Part shown: in pieces, positions 40,722 to 52,164 of the stretch
Position numbering within the stretch: the first letter of the stretch is position 1
Layout of the letters: every line of letters starts with the position of its first letter
Assembly: GCA_964016885.1 (NCBI GenBank)
Contig: OZ024752.1
Coordinates: 18,600,001 to 18,664,000, forward strand
Direction of reading: 5' to 3'
Source of the DNA: Eledone cirrhosa
Taxonomy: Eukaryota
DNA: 64,000 bases
The notes under the pieces: generated by a model
Told to the model about the DNA's origin: nothing
Database searches by the model: none
The model's input: the letters and a program-made list of their open reading frames with translations, nothing else
Made by a program: the position numbers and the translations under genes

Positions 40722-43477
40722 ATCTGCCTATGCTCCCCAGGCAGGCCTAGGTAAAGAAGAGAAAGAATCCTTTTACAAGCAACTTTTACAAACAGCCGCA
40801 GTGACAGAGGATGGAGACATTGTTATGCTAGCAGTGGACTTCAATGGACATGTTGGACAGCTCCAGGATGGTTACACTGGGGTACATGGTGGGCACGGTT
40901 ACGGCTCAAGAAATGAAGAAGGAGTGAGACTTACTTCTTGAATTTTGTGATGCAAATGCACTAACCATTTGCAACACTAACTTCCAGATGCCTACCAACC
41001 ACCTAATAACCTACAAATCAGGCGAGCACATAAGCCAGTATGACTTCCTGCTAGTTAGACAGCGGGACAGACAGATGGTATCAAATACCAGGGCATACCC
41101 CGAGGAAGAATGTACCCCACAACATAGGTTAGTCGTTAGTGATATCGCAGTAAGCAAGAGACGGAATGAGACATACAGGAAGGTGTGGAGAAGAAAGTTC
41201 TGGAAGTTAAAAGACCTTTCACTAAAATACAAATTTAGGAAAGCCCTTCAAGATGTGTATGACGAAAAAGAAGACGATTTAGAGTCGTATGACATAGATA
41301 ATAACTGGGATTTCGTACGTGACAACTTACTGCAGGCTACTGAAGAAACTTGTGGTTGGAGCAGAGCTCCAACCAAACAGAGAGTGACCTGATGGTGGAA
41401 CAGCAGAGTAGATAGGGCCATTAGAGACAAAAGACTAGCATGGAAGGCTTGGAAAAATGGTGGGAGTAGAGAAGGATACACAGCCGCTAAGAGAGAAGCT
41501 AGTCGTCAGGTGTACTTAGCACGCAGGGAGACTGAGAGTAGGAGGTTTGCCAATGTTCTGCGAGGGGAAGATCAGAGACTTCCGGTATTCCACATTGCAA
41601 GGCAGTGTGTCAGTGCAAATCAGGATGTTGTTGGAGATAAATGTGTCCGGAATGATGCCGGTGTACTTAGTGTCACGAATGATCAGAAAAAGGAGGCCTG
41701 GAAATGTCATTATGAGAGACTGATGAATGTGGAGAACAAATGGGAGAGAGAGAAATTACCTCCAGTATATCTGACAGAGGGACCAGCTATTGAGATTGAC
41801 GAATATAGGATCCAAGAGGCAATTAAGGAAATGAAAAATGGTAAGGCTGCTAGACCATGGAGGATAGATGCTGAAGGCGCCAGGGGACATAGGCACTAAA
41901 CTGGTTGCACACATCATCAATCAGGCTATATATGGTGGTGTCATACCCAAAGACTGGTGCAGCAGTATTCTCATAAATAGCTACAAAGGTAAAGGGGATG
42001 CTCTGGAGAGGAGCAATTATAGGGGCAAAAAACTGATGGATGAGGTCATGAAAGTGGCAGAAAGGATATTAGCGCAAGTAATTAGAGAAATGGTCAAACT
42101 TGATGAGATCCAGTTTGGTTTTGTGCCTGGGAAAAGTACAACAGATGCCCTCTTGTTGGTGAGACAATTGCAAGAGAGGTTCTTGGAGAAGAATAAGCCA
42201 TTATACTTAGCTTTTGTTGACCTAGAGAAGGCCTTTGATAGGGTACCCCGATCTGTCATCTGGTGGTCCCTAAGGAAGCTGGGAGCTGGGTGTTGAGGAA
42301 TGGCTTGTGAGGACAGTGCAAGCTTTGTACAGAGGTACTCTCAGTAAAGTCAGGGTAGGAATGGAGTTTAGTGAGGAATTCCAGATCCAAGTAGGAGTAC
42401 ATCAGGGTTCAGTCCTCAGCCCGCTCTTGTTCATTATAGTCCTCCAAGCCATAACAGAGGAGTTTAAGACTGGCTGTCCATGGGAACTTCTCTATGCTGA
42501 CGATCTGGTTCTTATAGCAGAATCAGTAGAGGAGCTAGAGAATAAATTCTGGCTATGGAAACAGCAGTTGGAAGCAAGAGGACTGAGAGTGAACCTAGCT
42601 AAGACAAAAGTGTTGATGAGTAGAAAAGAAGACAAAACTCTGATTCCGTCAGGGAAATGGCCATGTTCGATATGCAGAAAAGGAACTGGCATAAATTCTA
42701 TAAAATGCACACAATGCAGATCTTGGGTACACAAGAGATGTAGTGGGATAGCAGGCAAACTAACAGGTAGGGAGAATAGTTATGCAGTAGATGTACAGGG
42801 AAATTTGACAGTAGAAGTTGCATTGATAGACACATATTTCAAATGCAGGTGGGGGTTATAGAAGTGGCTGATAGCTTCCGGTACCTAGGTGATCAGATTA
42901 GCATGGGAGGGGGTGTTCCAAGGCCATAGTATCTAGAATACGGACGGGTTGGAAGAAGTTTAGGGAGCTGCTTCCTCTGTTGACGAAGAAGGGTTTCTCC
43001 CTGCGTACAAAAGGCCGGTTATATGATGCCTGTGTGAGGTGCGCAATGCTGCATGGTAGTAAGACATGGGCAGCAACTGCAGAGGATATGCGACGGCTGG
43101 AGAGAAATGAAGCATGTATGCTCCGTTGGATGTGCAGTGTCAATGTACATGAACGGCCGAGCATGGATGTGTTGAGAGAGAAACTGTGTCTGAGAGGGAT
43201 AGAATGTAGTGTACGAGAGAGGAGACTGCGGTGGTATGGACATGTGATGCACATGGAGGATGACTGCTGGGTGAAGAAGTGCCAAGAAATGCCAGTTGAA
43301 GGAAGACGTAGTAGAGGTAGACCACGAAAAACATGGGCGGAGGTGGTGGGAACAGACCTCAGATCACTGAAACTCACGGTGGAGATGACAAAGGACCGTG
43401 ACAAGTGGAGAGATACTGTGCTGAAAAGGACCCATCCCACCCTTGGAAGCAGGGAAAAGCGGACATAAAATGATGAT
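40722..43477 (+). mobile_element. 5'-truncated, disrupted RTE-clade LINE (copy A)
   Basis: APE remnants (AYAPQ, DFNGHVG, QHRLVV), RT motifs (QFGF, AFVDLEKAFDRV, GVHQGSVLSP, YADD), RLRWYGHV, GRPRKTW; stops and frameshifts; (ATG)n tail. Confidence 0.95.
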
Positions 43478-43547
43478 ATAAGTTTATCCCGGGTTCAATC
43501 AGGGGTAACCACAGTAAGGTAGGTACTCAATACAAAGCAGAATATAA

Positions 43548-43662
43548 ATATTTAATATAGAAAAGGCATCTACAGGACTAGAACTGTTTCATTCGGGAGA
43601 AATCTGATTTCTCCCGGATGAAACAGTTTTAGTCCTGTAGAAGCCTTTTCTATATTAAATAT
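43548..43662. repeat. Short fold-back palindrome (~57-bp arms)
   Basis: Centred on GGGAGAAATC-T-GATTTCTCCC at 43605; right arm abuts (TA)n. Confidence 0.85.
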
Positions 43663-43699
43663 ATATATATATATGTCCGCTTTCCCTCCTTACTGAAGC

Positions 43700-44320
43700 A
43701 GAGCCACTGATCTCCCAAGCAAGCCAGGAATCTGTGTTTCGCTTATGTACAGTCTCATGTTCCATTGAGTGCTCAGGGGAGGTTGTCATATAACTTCATC
43801 CTCTTTTCCAAAATGGATTAGTTCAAATTTATCTTTGTTTAGTAGCATTTCTTTACAGCAATCAGATCCATGGCATGATTTGTTGAATATTCCATTGATG
43901 ACATTCTAGAATTTGGAATTATCTGTGAAGATTCTTATGTTTCCATGCTTGATGACATCAATAATGATATAAATAATTATTTCTACTTTTGGCACAAGGC
44001 CAGCAATTATCTCAGTGCATTACTGGTACTTTATTTTATCGACCCCGTAAGGATGAAAGGCAAAGTTAACCTCGGCGGGATTTGAACTGAGTATGGCAAG
44101 GGCCATAACTCTATGCGTCAAAGCATGGTGTCCGACCCTCTACCGATACTGCCAATAATGATATAAATAATGAAGAGAAGTTGGCCAAACACATTGCCTT
44201 GTGGGACACCACTACGGACTTTGGCTGAGCTTGATCTTATTCCTTTGACCACAAGCTGGGCTCTTTTCATCAGGAAACACTTATTCCATTGTAGTAACTT
44301 TCCACAGGCAGCAATGTTGG
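43700..44320 (-). mobile_element. Old CR1-type LINE RT fragment interrupted by a SINE
   Basis: Minus strand GKLLQWNKCFL..AKVRSGVPQGNVFGQLLFIIYI...NIRIFTDNSKF resembles SGVPQGSVLGPLLF / FADDTK. Confidence 0.75.
43978..44152 (-). mobile_element. tRNA-derived SINE family B with ~19-bp TSD
   Basis: B box GTTCAAATCC, body GCCTTTCATCCTTACGGGGTCGATAAAAT; flanking duplication CAATAATGATATAAATAAT at 43959-43977 and 44153-44171. Confidence 0.85.
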
Positions 44321-44341
44321 ATAGTTTCTTTTGTGTGTACG

Positions 44342-44379
<38 letters not shown>

Positions 44380-47322
44380 AGTCCAGTAAGACAACCTCTC
44401 TAGTGCTGGTGGCACGAATAAAAGCACCCAATCCATGCTGTAAAGTGGTGTTGGTGTTAGGAAGGGCATCCAACCAGTATAATAAATGCCAAAATTATGA
44501 GCACAACAAATAAGAATTGCAACAACTGCGTCAACAGCAATAACACTAACCATGTTAGGGCTGCAGTGGGGTAGTGGGGTGGCTGGTGCAGCCATGTGCG
44601 AGACCGTCATCAAGCAATCGCACAAAAACAACTGCGTCAACAGCAATAACACTAACCATGTTAAGGCTGCGCATGGTAGTGGGGTGGCTAGTGAGGCCAT
44701 GTGTGAGAACCCCACGACCGTCATCAAGCAATTGCACAACAGGAAAAAGAACGTGACGTCGCATCTCAGAGTTTCCACACTTAATGTTGGCACTCTAACA
44801 GGTAGATCTGGTGAGATAGCGGAGATGCTGGAGAGAAAGCATGTGGATGTGTGCAAGAGGTGAGAGTGAGAGGTGCCTCTGCAAGACTAATCGCAGGCAA
44901 ACATCGTAGTTATAAGCTTTTCTGAGTGGGTAATGATGATGGGTTAGGTGGGGTAGGCATATTACTGGCTGAGAGATGGATCAATAAAGCGATAGAGGTA
45001 GTTAGAGTTAGTAATAGAATAATTAAGCTTAGGTTAGTTGTAGGCAATAGACTACTGACAATCATCTCTGCCTATGCTCCCCAGGCAGGCCTAGGTAAAG
45101 AAGAGAAAGACTGCTTTTACGAGCAACTTTTACAAACAGCCACAATGACAGAGGACAGAGACATCGTTATGCTAGCAGGGGACTTCAATGTACATGTTGG
45201 ATAGCTCCAGGATGGATACACTGGGGTACATGGTGGGCACGATTACGGCTGAAGAAATGAAGAAGGAGTGAGGCTTCTTGAATTTTGTGATGCAAATGCA
45301 CTAACCATTTGCAACACTAACTTCCAGATGCCTACCAACCACCTAATAACCTACAAATCAGGCAAGCTCATAAGCCAGTATGACTTCCTGCTAGTTAGAC
45401 AGCGAGACAGACGGATGGTGTCAAATACTAAGGCATACCCTGGGGAAGAATGTACCCCACAGCATAGGTTAGTCGTTAGTGACATCTCAGTAAGCAAGAG
45501 AAAGAATGAAACATTACAGGAAGGTTTGGAAAAGAAAGGTCTGGAAGCTAAAAGACCTTTCATTAAAATATAAATTTAGCAAAGCCCTTCAAGATGTGTA
45601 CGACGAAATAGAAGACGATTTAGAGTCGAATGACATAGATGATAACTGGAATTTCTTGCGTGACAATTTACTGCAGGCTACTGAAGAAACTTGTGGTTGA
45701 GGCAGAGCTTCAACCAGACAGAGTGACCTAGTGGTGGAACAGCATGGTAGATAGGGCCATTAGAGACAAAAGACTGGCATGGAAGGCTTGGAAAAATGGT
45801 GGGAGTAGAGAAGGACACACAGCCGCTAAGAGAGAAGCTAGTCGTCAGGTGTACTTAGCACACAGGGAGGCTGAGAGTAAGAGGTTTGCCAAAGTTCTGC
45901 GAGGGGAAGATCTGAGACGTGCGGTATTCCGCATTGCAAGGCAGTGTGTCAGTGCAAATCAGGATGTTGTTGGAGATAAGTGTGTCCGGAATGATGCCAG
46001 TGTACTTAGTGTCACGAATGATCAAAAGAAGGAGGCCTGGAAATGTCATTATAGCTTTTGTTGACCTAGAGAAGGCCTTTGATAGGGTACCCCGATCTGT
46101 CATCTGGTGGTCCCTAAGGAAACTAAGTTTAGAGGAATGGCTTGTGAGGACAGTGCAAGCTATGTACAGGGGTGCTGTCAGTAATGTGAGAATAGGAATG
46201 GAGTTTAGTGAAGAATTCCAGATACAAGTAGGTGTACATCAAGGTTCTGTCCTCAGCCCACTCTTGTTCATTATAGTCCTCCAAGCCATAACAGAGGAGT
46301 TTAATACTGGCTGCCCATGGGAACTTCTTTATGCTGATGATCTGGTACTTATAGCAGAATCAGTAGAGGAACTAGAGAATAAATTCTGGTTATGGAAACA
46401 GCAGTTGGAAGCAAGAGGACTGAGAGTGAATCTAGCTAAGACAAAAGTGTTGATGAGTAGAAAAGAGGACAAAACTCTGATTCCATCAGGGAAATGGCCA
46501 TGTTCGATATGTAGGAAAGGAACTGGCATAAATTCCATAAAATGTACGCAATGCAGATCTTGGGTACACAAGAGATGAAGTGGGATAGCAGGCAAACTAA
46601 CAGGTAGGGAAAACTATGTATGCAGTAGATGTACAGGGAAAGTTGGCAGTAGTAATCGCTGTGATAGACTCATTTTTTCAATGCAGGTGGGTTCTATAGA
46701 AGTGGTTGATAGCTTCCTGTACCTAGGTGATCAGATTACCATGGGAGGGGGGTTTTCCGAGGCCATAGTATCTAGAATAAAGACGAGTTGGAAGAAGTTT
46801 AGGGAGCTGCTTCCTCTGTTGACAAAGAAGGGTTTCTCCCTGCGTATGAAAGGATGGTGATATGATACCTGTGTGAGGTGCGCGATGCTGCATGGTAGTG
46901 AGACATGAGCAGCAACTGCAGAAGATATGCGACGGCTGGAGAGAAATGAAGCAAGTATGCTCTTTTGGATGTGTAATGTCAATGTGCGTGAACGACCGAG
47001 CATAGACGAGTTGAGAAAGAAACTGGGTATAAGAGGGATAAGTTGTGAAGTGCAGGAGAGAAGGCTGAGATGGTATGGACATGTGATGCGCATAGAGGAT
47101 GACCGCTGGGTGAAGAAGTGCCAGGAAGTCCCAGTGGAGGGAAGACTCAGTAGAGGTAGACCACGAAAAACATGGGCGGAGGTGGTGAGAGCAGACCTCA
47201 GATCGCTGAAACTCACTGAGGAGATGACGAAGGACCGTGACAAGTGAAGGGATGCTGTGCTGAATAGGACCTGTCCAACCCTTGCAAGCAGGGAAAAGCG
47301 GATGTAAAATGATGATGATGAT
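44380..47322 (+). mobile_element. Near full-length but dead RTE-clade LINE (copy B) with ~0.5 kb internal deletion
   Basis: 5' leader with AGGAAGGGCATCC; APE start LRVSTLNVGTLTGRS; RT YADD; many stops; WKCHY joined directly to AFVDLEK at ~46052; (ATG)n tail. Confidence 0.95.
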
Positions 47323-47618
47323 AATCTGAAGATGTATGTACGTATATATATATATATATGTGTGTGTGTAGCTGTGGTTTAACAGAGATGTAACCTGATG
47401 ATGTAACTTTAAGATATATATGCTGTTACACAATATAAAGGTGTAGCTGCGGTTTATATTGTCATCACACAAGGTTGTATGATGTAATCTTAACAAATTA
47501 AAAACTAAAGTAAGTTAATTTTCTAATTAAAGGTTTATAACGACATTCTATCAATATAGAAATGTAAAATTTTCTCTGATAAATCTCCATTTTTTAAGTA
47601 TTCTCTTATTATCTCATA

Positions 47619-47638
47619 CTGTTTCTTTCTTATTTCAG
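47619..47638 (+). promoter_or_regulatory. Candidate splice acceptor upstream of the ZF coding exon
   Basis: Polypyrimidine tract CTGTTTCTTTCTTATTTCAG about 390 bp upstream of the ATG. Confidence 0.5.
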
Positions 47639-48026
47639 AATACCAGATGACATTGAGATAAATTAATTTTTAAACCTTGGATACATCATAAGTATACATT
47701 ATCATTTTAAGACTAAAACTTTGTATACAGAACTAATATAACACTGTTTATATAAATCTATTGTAGAATTACTGTGAAATATTTCCTCAGAGTTGAGTTT
47801 ATTCACAAAATTTCTTTTCTTCAATATCTGGAATGTTTACAAGATGATTTTGTATTTTAACTAAATTTGGATGACAAAGAAGTTTGCATCATCTTCAGAT
47901 ATTAACTGAGATCACAGTTGATGGAAATATAGCAGAAGAAATATTTTTAGGAATATAATATAAAAAATATTACAAGAAAAGCATCTGTATATTTTGTCAA
48001 GTAGAAGAAACATTGTAGAAAATAAA

Positions 48027-49457
48027 ATGAGTGAGCAGATTAAATGTGAAACATCATCTAAAAGAATTAATATTCCTGATGAGCTGCCAAAGCATAGAGG
48101 AGAGAAGCCATATCACTGTAATATCTGTAAAAAATCATTCTCTCATAAAAGAAGCTTAACTAGACACAAAGGTATTCATTCTGGTGAGAAACCATATCAC
48201 TGTGATACCTGTGGTAAATTATTCTCTACAAATGCTAACTTAACTATACACAAACGTTTACATAAAGAAGAGAAGCCATACCACTGTGATATCTGTGGTA
48301 AATCATTCTCTGAAAGTAGTAATTTAACTACACACAAACATATACATACAGGTGAGAAACCATATCACTGTGATGTTTGTGGTAAATCATTCTCTCAATC
48401 TGCTCAATTATCAACTCATAAACGTATTCATACTGGAGAAAAGCCATATCACTGTGATATTTGTGGTAAATCATTCTCTGTAATTACTAGCTTAACTAGA
48501 CACAAAAGTATACATACAGGAGAGAAGCCATATCACTGTGATGTCTGTGGTAAATCATTCTCTCAACCAGGTACTTTAACTAAGCACAAACGTATACATA
48601 CAGGCGAGAAACCACATCATTGTGGTATCTGTGGTAAATCATTCTCTTTTAAAGGAAGCTTAACTACACACATATGTTTACATACTGGTGAAAAGCCATA
48701 TCACTGTGATATCTGTGGTAAATCATTCTCTTTAAATGCTAACTTAATTACACATATACGTATACATACTGGAGAAAAGCCAATTCACTGTGATATCTGT
48801 GGTAAATCGTTTTCTCAATCTGCTCACTTATCTACCCACAAACATATTCATACAGGAGAGAAGCCATATCACTGTGGTATCTGTGGTAAATCATTCACTC
48901 TACAGGCTAACTTAATTACACACAAACATATACATACAGGAGAGAAACCATATCACTGTGATATCTGTGGTAAATCATTCTCATTAAATGATAGTTTAAC
49001 TAAACACAAACGGGTTCATACAGGAGAGAAGCCATATCACTGTGATATCTGTGGTAAATTATTTTCTGAAACAGGTGCTTTAATTAAGCACAAATGTATT
49101 CATACAGGAGAGAAGCCACATCAATGTATTATCTGTGATAAATCATTTTCTTTAAAAGCTACTTTAATTAAACACAAACGTATTCATACAGGAGAGAAGC
49201 CATATCACTGTGATATCTGTGGTAAATCATTTTCTCAATCTATTCAATTATCTACTCACAAACGTATTCATACAGGAGAGAAGCCATATCACTGTGATAT
49301 CTGTGGTAAATCATTTTCTCAATCTATTCAATTATCTACTCACAAACGTATTCATACAGGAGAGAAGCCATATCACTGTGATATCTGTGGCAAATCACTC
49401 TCTCAAAAAGGAAGCTTAAATACGCACATGCATATACATACAGGAGAGAAGCCATAA
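48027..49457 (+). CDS. Tandem C2H2 zinc-finger protein, 16 fingers, single coding exon
   Basis: Intact ORF (47994-49457; first ATG at 48027) with 16 CxxC-x12-HxxxH repeats joined by TGEKP-type linkers; no effector domain visible. Confidence 0.93.
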   Translation: MSEQIKCETSSKRINIPDELPKHRGEKPYHCNICKKSFSHKRSLTRHKGIHSGEKPYHCDTCGKLFSTNANLTIHKRLHKEEKPYHCDICGKSFSESSNLTTHKHIHTGEKPYHCDVCGKSFSQSAQLSTHKRIHTGEKPYHCDICGKSFSVITSLTRHKSIHTGEKPYHCDVCGKSFSQPGTLTKHKRIHTGEKPHHCGICGKSFSFKGSLTTHICLHTGEKPYHCDICGKSFSLNANLITHIRIHTGEKPIHCDICGKSFSQSAHLSTHKHIHTGEKPYHCGICGKSFTLQANLITHKHIHTGEKPYHCDICGKSFSLNDSLTKHKRVHTGEKPYHCDICGKLFSETGALIKHKCIHTGEKPHQCIICDKSFSLKATLIKHKRIHTGEKPYHCDICGKSFSQSIQLSTHKRIHTGEKPYHCDICGKSFSQSIQLSTHKRIHTGEKPYHCDICGKSLSQKGSLNTHMHIHTGEKP

Positions 49458-49890
49458 TACTGTGATATCTGAGGTCAATCATTCTCTCAATATATTCAAT
49501 TACTAAAGCCCCAAAATATAGAACTGTGAAGCCATATCACTGATAACTTTGATAGAACAATCTTGCAGGACAGCGATGAGGTAAATCATTCTTTGAAAGT
49601 AGCCAGTTCACTGTCATTAATCAATGTGTACAGGAGAGAAGTCACATCACTGATATCTGAAGTATATCATTCTCTGAACATTGTCACTTCACTAGACACT
49701 AACATATACATACAGGAGAGAAGCCATATCATTGTAATACATGAGGTAAATCATTCTCTGAAAGTAGTCATTTTATTATACTCTGACATATACACTATAA
49801 TGTCTGTGGTAAATCAGTCTCTGAAATTAGTTCACTCGACTCTAACATACAGGAGAAAAGCCATATCACTACGATGTCTGTAGCAAAACA
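49458..49890 (+). pseudogene. Degenerate C2H2 finger repeats downstream of the stop codon
   Basis: Repeated ACAGGAGAGAAGCCATATCA and GGTAAATCATTCTCT remnants with stops and indels. Confidence 0.85.
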
Positions 49891-49912
49891 TTCCATTGTA
49901 AATGTTACTTAA

Positions 49913-50010
49913 CCTTCAGCACACTGTTGGCTACAAGAGAGTAATCTCCCCTTAATACGTAATGCAGTGTCAAGGGAAGCAATTCATAAAAGAATTCAGT
50001 GTGCTGAAGG
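49913..50010. mobile_element. Small TTAA-type MITE
   Basis: TIR CCTTCAGCACACTG / CAGTGTGCTGAAGG, flanked by TTAA and TTTA. Confidence 0.7.
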
Positions 50011-50089
50011 TTTATGAAAATAAACACTACCATACAAGATAAAAACCACACAACACCACTCATGCAAAATTGTGCCACCTATGTTGTAA

Positions 50090-50431
50090 ATCATCATCAT
50101 CATCATCATTTTACGTCCACTTTTCCCTGCTTGCAAGGGTGGGACGGGAACTGATTCTGGCTTGATTTCTACAGCTGGATGCCCTTCCTAACACCAACCT
50201 CATTTACAGTGAGTGCTGGGTGCTTTTTTTCCGTGGTGCCTACACGACCACTTTACAATGGAATGATAGGGACTCCAGTCTCTATCATCTCATTTCTACA
50301 GCTGAGTAAACTGGAGCAATGTGAAATAAAGTGTCTTGCTCAAGGAAACAACACATCACCCGGTCTGAGAATTGAACTCACAACCTTTCGATTGCAAGGC
50401 CAATGTTCTAACCACTAAGCCATGTGCCTCC
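50090..50431 (-). mobile_element. SINE family A, full length
   Basis: Same A/B boxes and RTE tail, (CAT)n end; flanking TGTAAAT duplication. Confidence 0.9.
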
Positions 50432-50664
50432 ATGTAAATGTTCTTAATAAAACTTGTTTACTCAGAAATTGTTTTCTCATATTATTTTGTAGATGTTGTA
50501 ACCAAGACTTCTGTTTACACTACTGTATGGTATAGAATGTATGATCAAAGTTGAATATTCTCCAAAGTAATAGAATAGAATACACTCAGTAACCCCTATA
50601 AAATTGTGGTCAAGTAAACCAAAATAACGTAGGGTAGATATGACCCTTAAGTTCTATAAAAGAC

Positions 50665-51060
50665 CTGACAACCTCACTGGTACTTGTGCTATGATAAAAG
50701 GCACCGAGTGCACTGTAAATAGTTGATTATAGAACAAAGACCATGTAAGCTAAAATGATTTCTTCAGCCCTGCCAAGTACATGGCAACATTTCTAGTACT
50801 GGTGTCAAAATGAAATTTAGCTAGTGCACACCGTAATGAGTTAGTGCTGATGTCACAGTAAAATACTCCATGTACACTCTGTAAAGTCATAGTACTGGTG
50901 CCATGATAAAATGCACCCAGGACTTCTTGTAAGGTGTTAACACTGATGCCACAATAGAATACACCCAGTACACCCTGTACTGTAGTTCTGATGCCACAAT
51001 AGAATACACCCAGTACGTTCTGTAACATAGTAGTGCTGGTGACATGATAAAACAACACTT
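50665..51060 (+). repeat. Degenerate ~42-48-bp tandem repeat (about 6 units plus one upstream unit)
   Basis: Units resembling TAGTACTGGTGCCATGATAAAATGCACCCAGTACACTCTGTAAAG; similar to the RTE 5' leader at 44401-44447. Confidence 0.75.
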
Positions 51061-51109
51061 AGGACATGACCCCAAACAATGTAAGGTATTTCACATTGCA
51101 ATGCAGTGA

Positions 51110-51345
51110 GTTAATAAAAACGTGGATGTTATGGGTGAAAAATGTCTGAAATGACAGTGGTCCATCAGAGATAGCAGCTGAGATGCTGAAAGCTTTTGGG
51201 GAAGAAGGAGTTGAGCTAGTTACCAGCATAATAATACAGGATGGTGTCTTACCCAATGACTGGCATGGTTGTATACTTATTTACTGTTATAAAGGAAAAG
51301 TTAATGCACTAGAATGGAGCAACTAATGGAATGTGTAATAAAAGT
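51110..51345 (+). mobile_element. Old RTE fragment
   Basis: DVMGEKC, GPSEIAAEMLKA, GVLPNDW, YKGK remnants homologous to copies A and C. Confidence 0.75.
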
Positions 51346-51360
51346 AACAGCGTTTTATAG

Positions 51361-51541
51361 GTAAAACCAACCACAGGAGACCCCGAGCAAGATGGTTGGA
51401 TAACATCCATGAGCTTAGCTGGTCTCGTTTGGGGGATCCAGCTGGATCAGTTGGAGACAGTTGCTTCTGACAGGACCCACTGGAAGGAGTGTTTGAGGAC
51501 TCTACCCCACTGCCCTCCCAGGATTAAGTGGGCGAAGAAGA
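51361..51541 (+). mobile_element. RTE second-family 3' end fragment
   Basis: CCCCGAGCAAGATGGTTGGATAAC...GAAGAAGA, homologous to 37070-37231 and 40155-40315. Confidence 0.85.
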
Positions 51542-52164
51542 AATAGTTTTAGCACAACTACTGAGGGAGTCAAATAAGATGAGATGCAGTTTGATTTTAT
51601 GTTAGGGAGAAATAAGACGAATGCTTTCTTCTTAGTGAGATCACATATCAACCTAATATATACATATTTCCTATCAAATCTTCATTCTGATGAGATATAA
51701 ATTTATGACTAAAAATGAAGAAGATACATCAATGTTAATGTCGTGGAATAAAACTGATAAAATCTTTTAAAATTCCTATTTAACATTGAAGTGATTATTT
51801 CTTAGGTTGTTCAGTAAAAAATAACAACACAACAGTGTGATTACATCTGAAGACGGTAAGTTGACAAAGATTTACTTGAAGACTATAATAATCTGTGTAA
51901 ATAATAGAACCATGTGAACCCTTCAATAGTACAGTAATTATATACAGGTATACAAGTGAAAATCATTGGAAAAATATATTTTAAAATATATTCCATTGTT
52001 ATGTGTGATATGGAAATAAATTGTTATCATGACTGTCTTTATTATTTAACTGCCTATTTAATCATGTTGTTCATTACCTTACATTATAAAATATATTTTA
52101 TATCTAGCTGTATCCCATTGTTTCAAGTAAATTAAAGTTATTTTCGTTATCTAAATTACCTCTG

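Noticed and set aside
40988-47247. Functional reverse transcriptase genes
   Set aside because: Multiple stops, frameshifts, 5' truncation (copy A) and an internal deletion (copy B).
48868-48895. Origin of the 41-bp satellite from half a C2H2 finger (shared TCACTGTGGT; 41 is about 84/2)
   Set aside because: Only ~10 bp of identity; the remainder needs several gaps and cannot be distinguished from chance.
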